Assembly (NCBI GenBank): GCA_051362555.1
Contig: CM120640.1
Span: 24,352,225 to 24,416,224, forward strand
From: Lingula anatina
Taxonomy: Eukaryota; Animalia; Brachiopoda
Direction of reading: 5' to 3'
Length of the DNA stretch: 64,000 bases
Below the pieces are notes generated by a model, which worked only from the letters and a program-made list of their open reading frames with translations, ran no database searches and was not told the origin of the DNA. The position numbers were made by a program, and so were the translations under genes. The first letter of the stretch is position 1, and every line of letters begins with the position of its first letter. Below are positions 1-13,544 of this stretch, in pieces.

Positions 1-3000
1 ATATAATTTGTATTATATCCCAATTTTTTCGTGATTTTTTCAGCATCATCATGACATATACTCCCCCCCCCCCACCCCCACTGGAGTCCCATATAAACAA
101 ATCCTTTCTGTACATTTCTTTTTCCAGAAAAGTCCTACTGGGACCTACAGAGTTGAATATTAGTCAATTATAAGTCAACTAATTCATTATAGGGAGGACT
201 TTCTTTATTTATTTGAAGAAACTCATCAATATTTAATGGATATGTATGGCAGTAACATTTTGTTATACTGAGCTCTAATCATTCAACAAAAAGAACAGGA
301 ATAGACATACAGCAGTGAACCCTCTGTCCCAGATGATACTGTGTTTGTGACAAACAGGAACATTTAATTTCAGAAGACATAAATGTTAATTAAATTTGTG
401 TCCAAGAATCAAAAGTGGAATCCTTTTAAAAAACTTTTTCAAGTCAATAATTCCTTAGTTGCATATAATACAGCTTTGCCCTGTTGAAATTCTTTAGTCA
501 TTCAACAATGTTACAAGGAAAAAAACATAAGCAAGTCCAGTTCAGAATTGTTTTTGAAATTTGTGTGACATAACAACAGCTGTTTCTTGTTTAATGAGTT
601 GCACGTCTAGTTGATATAAAAGGCTCAATTAAGATGGAATTAACAGGTAAGAGCTAGGTGTCAAGACACTTTTATTGGAATCAATGAAAAAGGTGAAAGA
701 CCTAATTCTCTTAAAACACACGTTTTGACTTAATCAACTAATATTGGCAACAGTAATTATGGACAACTTGATCATTAATACCTCTGATCCTGCAGCTCCA
801 TCTGGAATTGTTCATTTATCATCTTGCTCTTATGCATGCCCTATAAGTGGATGCCCTGGCCTTTTCTGAATGGAACAGAACATGACAATATTTGCTTCCA
901 TGTACCAGAAACCCCCCATTTTTTTGTATTGGCTTTGGGGCTCGTCTCACTTGTGCTTGATGAGGAAAATAATTTAAAGATAAAATTCTATATTTTATAT
1001 ACAGATAAGGTATGTGGTACACTGTATTACTACCAAACCATATTTTCATTTTCAAATTTGCTGAGTGACTTTGTTGATAAGGCAGGTACATTTGAAAATC
1101 TGCATAATCATTTAATTTTTTACATAAGATTTTTTGGGTTATCTTTCGGTCTGTTTGCCCCCATAAGTTCGAATTTAAAACCATATATCTGTTGTATTTC
1201 AAAATTGCTGAGTGGCTTTAAAAAGACAGGTTCCTTTCAAAAATCAGTTTGATTATTTTTACAAAAGTTATTGTTAACTGGAATGTGCTGGTTTATATTA
1301 AAATTGACCACAGATAATGAATTATTTCTGTTAAGTGTCTGTATATTTTTTAGCTTTGCTGTCTAGTTAAATAAAAAACTTACATCAATTTTTTACCAGA
1401 GTTATAATGTCTTTAGAAATAATGAGCATTCCCCTGATGAAACTTTTGTATATTGTATATTGATTGTGCTCTGTTGTCCTTAAATCCACATTTTTTATGA
1501 CCCTCTCTCATCAGAATAGGATTTTAAAAGTGCCTGAATGATCCTGATTTAAATCTGCCATTTTCTACGGAAAATATTTGAAGAGATGTACAGTATAGTC
1601 AATGTGGGTTAAAAAGTTGGCACATGTATAGATTTGTAAAAGGTATATAAATACATATATTGGCCTTGAAATTAATGCCTTACGAGCTTAGTCACTAGTG
1701 CACATACTGTTTATGTTGCCAGTTGCCATCATTCGTTCAATCATTTTTTAAAATAAGAGTTTGTTTTGATATGGTGAGTTATGTATTAATGACCCATAGA
1801 ATGAAATGTAACAGTCTAATGAGGATGAAGTAAAACCTTTTCTTGACTGCATGTGTTTCAGTAGCATGAATCATAATTTCATTCTATGGCAATGCCCTTT
1901 CTGTTTTTTTTAAACCCATGGGCACAAAGTTGATTGTATGTTTGCATGATTGTACAGATTCATAATTATACAGAATTGTTGGAAAAAGGTCTCTTTTCTT
2001 TTTGCTTCATTTAATCCCATTGCTAAGATGTTGTCTGCAGGCTGCCGATGACTTGATCTTATTTCTTATCATTTAACACGTAGCAAGTTCTGCCTTTTAG
2101 CTAAAAGAAAAGAGTAAAATGTTTTTAAACTACAAATAATAGGTCATTTTTTCAGTAGTTTAGGAGCAAAAACAAACCTGTTGAAAGTGTTAAAGACCTC
2201 ACACATTAAATTTCTTTGAAGAAACCATGTTATACTATGCACATAATGTAGCATTTTTGAAGGTGTTAGTTAAGATTCTTTAGAGAAAGTATTTCGCTGT
2301 AGAATCTGATGTATTTTAAGAAACGGTGCCATTTTTATATTAAAGTGACTTTCTGCTTTTTCCATTTTCCTCGTTACTCACATATGGGTTGAAGATCAAG
2401 CAGAAGTTTCTGAATACTTGCAGCCAACACAAAGATGCTGTAGTCATCCGTAGATAGCTGTATTTTGTGGCCAACCCTAGACACAATAGTACACTGAAAG
2501 ATGAGATCCTAGCAGCAATTTTCTAAAAAGGAATGTAGGGCAAAATTGTCCACTGTTACAATTGCTGCCATAAGCTAAAAAGATTGACTTGCATAATGTG
2601 TGGTTTGCGTGATTTTTATGTCTCTGTATATATATTCTGACCATGTAGTATTCAGTCCATCAAGAAGCTTGATGATAAGAGACACAATGTTCAGCATCAG
2701 AACAATTGCACATCTTACAGTGAATATTGTTGTAGCTTTGGGATAGCCTGTGAAATTTCATTATGGGATGAAATAACCAAGTGCTCTTCTGATCCCCAAT
2801 GATAAGCAGAGAATTGGTGATGTTCTTACCAATTCTATAGAACGACCTGGGAAGTGAAATCCCAGGACAGCGGGGAAAGACTTTCAACACCTGACGCTAT
2901 ACTCTCAAGCTAATTCTTGTATATTTGAATAGTAATGCTGTTAGGAGGGGCAAGGGAAAATTCTAACCTACGGCATATCAAAAAAGCTTTAAATAGCAGG

Positions 3001-3335
3001 GAGCCTTTTGGCTAGAGTTTGTTCTATGTAACTCCTCATACACCTTTGAAAAACCAATTTCTTGAATAGGCTGGAACTAGCAAGATTTGTGTGAGAACAA
3101 TCTATTGAGATTGTAAGTATTGTGTTTGTGTCTTAAAATGAAGATTTAGATGATATAAGTAGACTTAATTTCAATTGCTAAAGAAGAGAATGCTAAGGAT
3201 GATCATAATTTTGTCAAAAATAAGTAGCATGATTTATTTGCATTTTTATTTTCACCAACCTTCTCAGATCTTTGTTATTTTTTTATTAACTAAATGAATT
3301 ATCTGGTAGATGCAAGCCTTTACTGTTTGTCAGTA

Positions 3336-3371
<36 letters not shown>
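3336..3371. repeat. (AAT)12 microsatellite
   Basis: Direct reading. Confidence 0.97.
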
Positions 3372-3752
3372 CTTTTCTTCAAGCATAACTTTGAATGAAA
3401 GCAGAATGATGAATGATGCATGTAGCTTTTTCATATGTAAGGCATAAAATTGTAAAATTTAGTAGAGCTCTGCTCTTGAATTCTTCCAACTGGGCTTTTC
3501 CACAGTGGATTACAACCGTAAGATTGACCATCTAAGCTGAAGATCCCATTATCTTATTACCACATCCATTACAGTAATGGACCAGTGCAGTTTTAAATGA
3601 ATTATTTGTTTGATCAACACCTTGTAGTCATTGACTGTGTTGGTAGCAAAAGTTTTTTTTTTTGACCTAGGAGGAATAAATTGTGCACCTTATGGGATAA
3701 TTTTAGAGTTTGTCATTGGGTTGAGGAAATGCATATGTTTTCAATAGCACAA

Positions 3753-3925
3753 CAGGCCCATAGCAAGCAATTTCGAAGGGGGGGGGTCTTTTTGTAAAAA
3801 AGTGGATCTTTTACCATAAAACCTCCATGTACCTAGATCAAATTTTACCTAGAGCAGGCCTTTTTCCCTGCCAAAAAGGGCAGTTCATATCAACCCCAGT
3901 AAGTCCCCCCCCCCTTTCACTGGCA
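3753..3925. mobile_element. Degenerate copy of the CAGGCCC-terminated MITE family (see 37884)
   Basis: Colinear similarity to 37884..38050 (shared core catgtacctagatcaaattttacc); right end decayed. Confidence 0.75.
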
Positions 3926-6364
3926 AGCATTTAACCATCTGTTGTGCAGTGATCCAATACCCATTTGTATTACTTTTAAGACATTTGATGAAATTGCTAA
4001 AAATCATTTTGAATATGCCAATAGTTATCCAGTTAATTTGCCTTACAATTCTATAGATGGCATGGGATTAACAAAATAGAACCAATTTCACTCATTGTGG
4101 AGGCCCACTTTCTTGATGTCATCCACTTCTGACAATTTTTATGTCTTCCAATTTTGACAATTATGTCTTCCAGTCATGATTGATTCAAAGAGAGATATAT
4201 AATAGCAATACAGTTTTAAATCAACAGAAAAAGCAATAGATTTAAAACTCAAAAATGTCATTTTTAAACTACTTGGTATTAAACTGCAGCGCCCATTGCA
4301 TTCAAGAACAAAGATGAAACTGCAAACATTCCCAAAAATGTGTGCCATTACCAGGACATCAAGCTGACTCCATACACCTTCACTTCTTTAGTTCATTTTG
4401 TTTACTAGTAGGTAAACCATCATAAGGTACCCTATGCATCATGCATTTGTTCTGTTATTTGAGGCAGCAGAATTTTTTATGTTTTGCTTAATGCATTGCT
4501 GAAGACTTTTTGGTGGCGATAAACCCATTTTCAAAATTCATAGAAATAAAAGACCCCAGGCTTGTTTCCAATAAGTAGAATATTACCATTCCAGACCATT
4601 TATAATTTTTTTCATGGGCTGTTGTTCAGTTTTCTGAGAAAGTCAGTTGTGGCATTGATGGCATCCCCACACGTCTACTTCATTTTGTTAAAAATATAAA
4701 AATCTGTATAAATATATGTGGCATTCAAAGGTTTGGAGAATTGTGGCATGTGTCAATTTATTTCATTGTGTGAATTTTGTCCAAGTATTTTATTTTTTAT
4801 TATTATTTTTTTAAAACTAGCTATAGCATTTGCTCTGAATTAAAGTTATTAAAATGCAAATTGTCATTGCCAGATAACAGGAAAGATCATTGAATGTCTG
4901 TCTCTCTCTGTCCGTCTCTAGCTTTGAGTTTTACAGAAGACTGAAGTCTGTTGAATGCAACACGAAGATGAATATCACTCATCTCCAATTTGCTGTTGTC
5001 CCTCTTGTGCCTTGGCCAAGATCACCATTTTCTTTTATTGAAGTGGCATATCCTCCCTTTTCATTTTAAAACTGAATTCATTATCCAGTCAAACAGATAC
5101 TGAACGGATTGGATTAGGCTTTCAGTAACTTCTCTCCTTGTGTTGCAGCCCATGCTGGGCATGAACCTTTAGAAAGGATTAGCAAGAAACAGTCATGGTG
5201 TCTCATATTTTTCTCATTACCAGAATGTTCTCCTCGCGTTTTTTTTCTTTCTTTTTTATACAGCAAATGTGAAATGTGGATAGTGTATGTCAAATCATCA
5301 GCTTTTAAGTCTGAAATGGGGGAAATCCTACTATCTTTGCTGGTTTCAGGATGTACTGAAGATACCTCAAACAAGACCTTTCAGTTGCTTTTAATAACAT
5401 TTAATCAAGAGTTGTCATGTTTCATGGAAATGGATGATGATATATGAGAAAACATCCTCTGTTGAAGTTTTGCAGGTGACAGTTATGAATACTGCAGGTG
5501 AAAAGATTGAACAATTGCCTGACTTTTAATTCAAAGGAGAAACTGAACATTTGCTTGACTATTGTTTATTTAAAAATAAAGTTGCATGCTAATTTTTTAT
5601 TCAAAGATGAAAATAGAACTATTGCTTGCTTATTTTTTGTTCAAAGAATAGGTAAATGTATTGTTTTTTTTAAAGACAAGCATATTGGTTTGATTATTTT
5701 GGTGCTCGCTATTGACATCAATATAATGGTCTTTTGTGTGACATTATCGCATCTCAGCTGTGATATTTATCTTCAGTTGCGTTGGTGAATTTATGTTTTT
5801 GTTCAGATTAAGAAAATGATCAAAAATGATCACCAAGTGATGTTTAAAAGAGAAGCAGGAGCACCGATGCTAATGGCTTGGAAAAAATCCTAAGAGAGAG
5901 AGAAATGGTGATTATGGTATCCTTAGAGTATTGTATAATCTTTGGAACTATCTGTTTATGATTTGGTCATATCTATAGAGACTCCACTATTCAGGGATTA
6001 CATGTGTCATGGTTAATAGAGAAGATACTTTACCCTGGTGACTTTACAACATTTTAGCCTTACTTGAGTGAAAATTTGATCTTTTGGAAGTCTGTATAAA
6101 CTTGAAATATGCTTGTATAACACACTGGATTATTTAATTTCTCTGTCAACTTGGGGAGGACTATTTGGACTGAAGGACTTGGCCTGTCTTAGCCTTGTTG
6201 GCTGTTTTGGTACATGTTGGTTATTGTGGTCTGTGTTCAACTTGTATTGTAATTGTTTCAAATAATTAAGTCTTCTACCACCTGCTTGTGAGTATCAGAT
6301 CATGGGATGTTTGAACTGTTTTGTTCTTCGTTGTTTACTGATAAATTCATTTTGTTTGTTTCAG

Positions 6365-6581
6365 AGATGGTCAGCTCCAGGAAAGTGACCAGATACTGGC
6401 CATAGACAAGCAGCCCTTGGCAAACAACATCTCCCACCAAAACGCCATAAGCATTTTACAAAAGGCAACAGGATTGGTGGAACTTGTGTTAGCCAGGGGC
6501 CCCATCCCAAGATCTGACCACTCAGGACCACCGTCTGCTGACAAGACACCAACAACTCTTGGACCTGACTCCGACATGGTG
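6365..6581 (+). CDS. MPDZ: Exon, PDZ1 C-terminal half (RDGQLQESDQILAID...LVLARG) plus linker
   Basis: tttcag acceptor, GTG|gtgagt donor; phase 2 to 0; PDZ motif. Confidence 0.93.
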
Positions 6582-8458
6582 GTGAGTTTAAGAGTTTACA
6601 GGGGAAAAAATGATGGTCACTTATTTCTGTGAAGTCTGAGTCACGTGACATGCAAGGCATGTTACAATCGTGGGATGTAAATGGGATTTTTAGGTCCTTA
6701 TTTCTATGTACTGGGCGGGTGTTTGGTGTTGTGAAAGTGGTGTTTTTGTGTATCATTTCCAACAAAAACTTTTCCAACAAAAACTGCTTTTTATGCCCCT
6801 TTAAGATTGCAAGTATCTTGGTCAGATAGACATTGTGTTAGGTGCGACAGAGGCTATGCCATGGTTACCCCAAAATTGGTATGAATAAGTATATTTGGCC
6901 AAAGTCATTGCAAATTGGAAACAGATATGATCTGATTCAAAAAGAAAAACTTAAGTGTCAAAGGAAAAGCATTCCAGCTGGATTATGTGGAATGAGAGAA
7001 GGAAGTTCTCTGGAAAAAAGACAGAGCAAATTTTTTGAAGATGAGTCTTTGAAGTGTGCATTCAGATAATTCGATCAGCATTTAATATAGCAGTGTTGCC
7101 TTCTGTAATGCAAACAAATTTCTATTATGAGAGCAAGTAGGAAGGTTTTTCAAGTTTGCTGGGGGATGTATTAATCATGGTTAAGAACCAAATTGAATAA
7201 ATGTTTCTTTTGCCTGTGGTCACCTCTTATTAAGCATTGAGGGGTGAAAAGGGTTGAAGGTTTCTTACACGCTCTCTGAGAGAAAAAGCAATTTAGTATT
7301 GATCCTCAGTCAAGTTTCATGTCCAATACAATCCTGAAGGCTTAAAAAATAAGGTTCATTTATAAAGTTGTATTTCTAACCATCACAAGCTGGCGTATTA
7401 TAGATTGGGAAGATGTCACAGAAGTGTCTGAGAAACCCTTTATAAATGATCTAAATTGCAGTTGGGGTTGAAGAAGGTTCAGAATAGTAAGAATGGAATC
7501 CAGGCAGTAAAAAAACAGACAGGCCAAAACTGTCAGTGGATTTAGCAGTTATTGAAGAATTCCAGAATCGGTGTACACAATGTGATATGTAACATTTGGA
7601 ATACAACATTTTTTTTGCATCACATAATCATTGTATTTTTATCACGGATGTTTGATGAGTGCTTTAATGCAGAAGTGGCTGACTATGGTGGTGATAATGG
7701 GTTTGCACATGTAGGAATCTGGATAAAGCAGACACCATATTTGCCCTGCTGTTTGAATTCTATGCCAGTGCTTCAGAATTCAAAAACTGAATGCAAGCAT
7801 ACTGAGCTTGAAACTATTATTTGAAGGGCTTTATTGGAGGACTAATGGAACATGTTCATGCTTTCACAGTTGTTTAAAAGGAAGAGGTTATTTTTCATTT
7901 TCAGGCTGAATGTTCGAGTTGTGTGAACAATATTGAGTGTCAGATTATAAGGCCTACAGGAAATTAGAGAGGAATTTAGTTATGTGGATTCTTAGAATCA
8001 TTGTAACGCTATCAAACATAAAGTATCAAAGGGAAGCTTTCATGGTTTTTTTTTTATTCACCTGATATTTGTTGTGGTCACAGACCAATAGAATAATGTA
8101 GCCATTGTATTTGGATGTTATACTGAAAGGTCATTTAAGGTTTTGAAAATGTATGGTTAAGCAAAGAGGGAAGTATGTAACAAAACATCAAAGTAAAAAA
8201 AGTTGGTTGGCAAGGAGTGAAAGTTGTTTCTTTAGCCCTGTTCTTAATGGTTGCAAGCCAACATCCCTAATTTTATTTTCCTTTGGGAACAACATTGTCC
8301 TCCTGATTGCACTATTGTTTACCTGATTTAATCATTGGCTTTGGAACACTGTGGAAAAACATTTATTACACGGGGAACTGAAAGCCGTGGCAGCTCATGA
8401 GAAATTTCTCTGAAAACGGACAGCACATCATTTACAAGTTCACTTGGAAAATATTCCA

Positions 8459-8572
8459 ATGGCTTTGAGTCATAATGATATGGAACTAAGCGTTGCATAC
8501 TGCAGTGCTATTTTGACGGCAGTTTATGTGGTTCGTGAACGACGTCATAACCTCGAAGGATTGAATCTTCAG
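8459..8572 (+). CDS. Candidate alternative first exon (MALSHNDMELSVAYCSAILTAVYVVRERRHNLEGLNLQ) splicing to the PDZ2 exon
   Basis: In-frame TGA at 8411, ATG at 8459, CAG|gtaaaa donor, phase 0 matches exon 9931; locally CpG-rich. Confidence 0.5.
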
Positions 8573-9930
8573 GTAAAATCCATACCTATGGTAATTCTGA
8601 GGTTGATCCCTTGTCATTGTAATACTATGGTGTATTGTTAAAAGCCTCTGTGTATTCATTAGATGCTCTGTTTTGGCTAACAGTTCATATCTTAATTCCC
8701 ATAAGTGATTAATTCACAATCCAGCATGTTTAACATCTTCATGCAACTGCCATTTTGCAATTTTTATGTTTGTATCTTGTTCTGAATGTGCATGTGGAAA
8801 GTAAATGGGGTAGAACTAGGGACATTCTAGGAACTCGCTATAAGACCAGTTGCCAGTTTGCATCCTTTTCAGTGTTGCTGTGAAACCTGTAAAAGACTTA
8901 CGTGTTGCTTTTATGGCGTGTTGGAAAGAATTTGCAGGATGAAAAAATACATTGCAGGAAATTTGGTTAAGATTACTCTGTATATTGTTTCCTTTTGAGA
9001 CCCTAAGGGAATTAATGATTAGCAGTCATTGCTTTCCCTGTGACTTGAGATGTCTCCTGTTTCTGAAGAAAGCTTATTTGATAGAACATATAATCCAATG
9101 TCTCAGAATTGTTTTAGGTGCCCAGTTTGTTAATTAATCACTTAAAGATTGGCAGATGTCCCGATTTCTTATCGTACTTATTGCAGGAATGACTGTTACT
9201 TTACCATCATTTCAGTTTATTGGCAATTTTGTGAGTTTATTTATGCCACTTATCTGGATACATAGTCTTTATAACTTAATTCCTGGATTTATAACCCTGA
9301 TTAATGCTTAACAAAATGAAGGGCAATTATTACTTCAATGCTTTTAAGATTTTGCCCTTTCCTACGTTGATTCTTGCAATGTAAAACTGATAACGTCCTT
9401 TCTTTCAAAAGAATAATTCAGTAAATTATTGCTGTCGGTTAATTTAAATAGCAATCAAATTCGTGAATGAAAAGGGCGAGTTTGGTCAATTTTTTTCAGA
9501 CAGCCAAATAACTCATTTGCATGAGAATAATGTGTGTCATCTCATTGTATACTAGGGTGATCCTAATAACTTTGTTTTTTGGTCATGTTATTACAATTAC
9601 CAGCATACCATTAACCTTTATCTTAAGTTTAAATAATTGAGCTGGAAATTTACCATCATTGACATACTTATATTATTAATTTGGTTTCTTAAAACAGTAA
9701 AGTAAGCATTAATTTGTGTTTTCATATTTTTCATAAAAACATATTGTACCAACTTAGTAGAATTACTTTATTTGATTTAATGTATAAAGATACAGTTCAT
9801 TTGTTTCAAAAATTCGGGAAAGGGGGGGGTCAAAGGCACTTGCAGGTGTTTGTAAATTAATTGAAAAAGCTCTATTATGGTAACTGGTGTGTTATCACAT
9901 GCACTGACCACATACTCTTTGCTTTTTCAG

Positions 9931-10065
9931 ATAAGCACAGAATGGACTCAAATCGAAGTAATTGACCTTCTTAATGATGGTAGTGGCCTTGGGTTTGGCA
10001 TTATTGGAGGCAAGAGCACTGGTGTGGTGGTGAAGACCATTCTTCCTGGTGGAGTTGCTGACAAG
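9931..10065 (+). CDS. MPDZ: Exon, PDZ2 N-half ([45 protein letters not shown])
   Basis: tttttcag / AAG|gtaaaa; GLGF loop; phase 0-0. Confidence 0.95.
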
Positions 10066-10625
10066 GTAAAATTTGACTGCAATCAAAATCTTGTGTTTTT
10101 TTTTTTTTTTTTTTAGTAAAGGTTGAAGTCTGACAGCACTATGTCAGTTTGGTGTTTTTGTTGATGTTTTATTTCTCTTGTGAGGAACCCATACTTGTTG
10201 ATAATATATTAATGTCAGTAATTACTAATTGTATTATCCCATTGACTTTTTATAGCATTTAATGTTTATGAAGTCAGTAGAAATAGACAAGGATAATTCA
10301 TTGTGCATGTCTCCAGAAGAAGCTGATCAGATGTCGATATGGTTGATTTATATTTTAATTGATATAATAAGGTATAAAATCTAGTTTAGAAAGGGAATAG
10401 GGAGGTTTTCATTGGATTTGGTGACTGTCCATCACAGTATTATGTAGCCTTTTAGTATACTAAATGTAGTCTGTTAGATTAAAATGTAGTCTTAACACTT
10501 TTTTTTAAGTGCAGAGATTAAGACATAGAACTTGGGGATCTCTCCCCAAAGTTAAGAAGTTAAAGGAATCTCCCCCAACAGTTTTCTTTACCCTTAGTCC
10601 CTGCAGTATTGGAGACCTCAAAGTA

Positions 10626-10888
10626 AAACCTAGGTCCCAACTACGTTTTGCATGCACGGTTTTTTGGTTCCTTGCGTCCGGCTAGGACGTAGCTAGATTG
10701 CATGTAGCGGCTGTTGATCATGTCGAAAAGTTCCTACGTGCTGTTTGCGTCCTCCAAAAGTCGCACGATGGACGTGCTCCTCATGCACAAACTCCTTCCC
10801 GATCCCTTCCCTGCGATCTAGCTACGTCCTAGATGGACGCAAGGAACCTAAAAACCGTGCATCCAAAATGTAGTTGGGACCTAGGATT
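10626..10888. mobile_element. MITE with ~75-bp terminal inverted repeats
   Basis: cctaggtcccaactac...agctagattgca pairs with tgcgatctagct...gtagttgggacctagg; possible TA duplication at the flanks; CpG-rich. Confidence 0.88.
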
Positions 10889-10966
10889 TAAACACAGGAT
10901 CCAATCTGACATAATCTTAAGAAAATATGATACTCTTCATCTCCAATTATTGCTTTAAATTTGTAG

Positions 10967-11305
10967 AATGGCCGACTGCACAGCGGAGACCACATCCTCC
11001 AGATTGGGGACGTTAACGTACGCGGCATGGGTTCTGAGCAGGTGGCTGCAGTGTTGCGCCAATCGGGGAGTCATGTCCGCCTTGTTGTGGCCCGGGGTGT
11101 GACCGAGCCTCCCACGGCACAGAACCCACTGGCTCCCATTGTCCCCACACATGAACTGGACGAGCACCTGCAGCATCTGTATGCCACGCTATTGGAGGTG
11201 GAGAGTCATGACCAGTTAATAGACTATGGCCTGATGCATGGACACATTGATCCCCTCACTGGGCAGCTGACCTCGGAGTATATTGAACAGGCTCAAGTAC
11301 ATGAG
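10967..11305 (+). CDS. MPDZ: Exon, PDZ2 C-half and linker ([14 protein letters not shown]...QAQVHE)
   Basis: tttgtag / GAG|gtaatg; 339 nt, phase 0-0. Confidence 0.92.
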
Positions 11306-12060
11306 GTAATGGAGGTCATATTTGAGTTCACTTGTGGAAAGAGTAAACCTGTTGGTGTATAGGTCTCTTGTTTCTGTATGATGTGTCATAGCAGCTGGGT
11401 GTTGTTTGATGTTAGATATCATCCTAGTGGAATGTGTACTGGGGAATGGTGTACTTAACATAGGCAAGTTTCCAGGGTATATTTGAAAACTTAAAGAAAC
11501 TGTAAAAGTTTTTGATTTTTTTTTATATATCATGGTTACTTTTTTCATTTGCATATATGTCTTTCAAGCCTCTGTCTACAGTAAGTGTTAACCCCTCCTC
11601 ACATGAATGATACCAAAACAACCATAACTGTTCTAAGATTATGAATGATTTTTTGTTCCATTTGTTTTATGATGATATGTGGAACATGTACCTATTGTAA
11701 AAATACTGGGACACTTGGTGACTAGGTGGACACTAGATGGACAGGAGGTGGACATAAGCTGGAAACCTCTGCAGATATTTAATATTTGCAATTTGCTACC
11801 TGACTAGAGGCTCCACCTGATGTAAAACACAGACCAGAGGCAATTCCCAAACCTGTGTATACCTTGTCTTCAATTGTCTTAGTATTTTTGTTTCAGTAGG
11901 ATATTTCTCATGTTATCAATCATTTTTATATATAATGTATTTCAAATATGAAACCACACTTGCTCACAATACAAGAAACTTAGTCCTGAACCTTTTATTT
12001 CATGTACATTTGTTGTTTTGTTGGTTAGTAACACAGACAGTTATGTTTTATATATTACAG

Positions 12061-12081
12061 GGTTATGAATACTTCATTGAG
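12061..12081 (+). CDS. Candidate 21-nt microexon (GYEYFIE)
   Basis: ttacag / GAG|gtagat, phase 0-0; TGCATG about 25 nt downstream. Confidence 0.5.
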
Positions 12082-13003
12082 GTAGATACACCCCCTGAAA
12101 GCTTTGTGCATGAACAATTACCCTTTTTCACTCCCAGCATGTTTATTCCCAGCATTCTGCAACAATATTGGTCACATGTATATTTATAGTCTCAAAATGA
12201 GCTTGTCACTGTATTTGTTCAATGTTATCAAATGATTAGCCTGATGTTTTGTCTCTAAGGCGCTTTTCATGTTTTTTGAATCCAATACCAAAGTCTGTGT
12301 AATTAAAATGTTGAAAACTTTTTTCATAAGATTTGCATGATAAGCTTTTTTTTTCTTGCAATGCTCTTTTGATTTTCTTCTGCATTAAATTATTAAAATC
12401 AAATCTCCTCGTTTTCTGATGCACATCACTGCAGATACGGCAAGCAGTTGAAATATCTGATCTGTCTGGATGCAGAGGCGTATCTCTGTCTGAGTGCTTT
12501 ATCTATATGAAAGGCTAAATGAGTGATTGCATGTCGCAACATCAAGAATAGTAGGAGTATCAATTAGTAATCAAAAGCACTCACATGAGGAGCTGTTTGA
12601 TTGTTCATGATTATAGATGCCCTCTGAGCTGATATGATGTGTGCTTTCGACTTATTGGCCTTGATTGCCTGCTTTTGAAAAGAAGTAAAAAGTAAACTTC
12701 TATAGCAACTAATATAGAAAAGTCTTTGGTTGAAATGCAATGTAGATACTTTTGCTACGCGTTTTGGATATGAGTGTTTATCACCTCTCATCTGTTAAAT
12801 AAAATTGGTGAAACTTAATAGATGGGTAAAACCCCTGTTGTCTTATAATAAAGGTAAATTATCAATTCATGTTTCATCTTTAACTATATTTTCCTGATAT
12901 TTTTCCTTTAAGAAAGATGCCATAGAAATTTTACTTAGTTGTGTGACAAATAGGAAAAAAATACATATAAAATGCATTTACCATTTGATCATTCTGCTCT
13001 TAG

Positions 13004-13124
13004 CCTCCAAGGGAACCTGAGGTTGAGGAAGACCCAGAGGTGGAGTATTTTGAGGTGGAACTTTCCAAAGGCTCCCAAGGTCTGGGGATTACCATAGCTG
13101 GTTATGTGGGGGACAAGTCTGCAG
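13004..13124 (+). CDS. MPDZ: Exon, PDZ3 start (PPREPEVEEDPEVEYFEVELSKGSQGLGITIAGYVGDKSA)
   Basis: ctcttag / CAG|gtaaaa; GLGITIAGY typical of MPDZ PDZ3; phase 0-1. Confidence 0.93.
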
Positions 13125-13455
13125 GTAAAAACGTGGAAAAAGCTGTGAGAAAGCTAGCAGTATAGTCTGATGTAAATGTGTCGTGTGTATCACATTTCTC
13201 TATGGAAAAGAAAATTACTTGATGTTGGTCAGAGCTTTGGGTCTTGTTAGGGGATGATGTTTAGTTTTGAAATTAATTTTGTGGAAAATTGAAGGATGTT
13301 ATATTTATTGACAGACATCCTAAAGGAGGTTATTGTCTCTTTACTTTCTTTTATCTCAGTCAGTTTGGAAACATTACAATGGTTGCCATTTTAGTCTCTA
13401 TGCAGTAGAAATCAATAGACGTTTGTAGTTGAATTTTTTTGACATTTCATTTCAG

Positions 13456-13544
13456 AACTGTCTGGAATCTTTGTGAAAAGTGTTGCTGAGGGAAGTGCTG
13501 CAGACGTTGAAGGCAGAATAAGAGTAAATGATCAAATCATACAG
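13456..13544 (+). CDS. MPDZ: Exon, PDZ3 middle (ELSGIFVKSVAEGSAADVEGRIRVNDQIIQ)
   Basis: tttcag / CAG|gtaaga; phase 1-0. Confidence 0.94.

Noticed and set aside
819-1252. Overlapping 127-aa and 142-aa ORFs
   Set aside because: AT-rich, no recognisable domain and no fitting splice sites. The region holds a diverged ~148-bp direct repeat (1051 versus 1198) and is more likely a repeat remnant.
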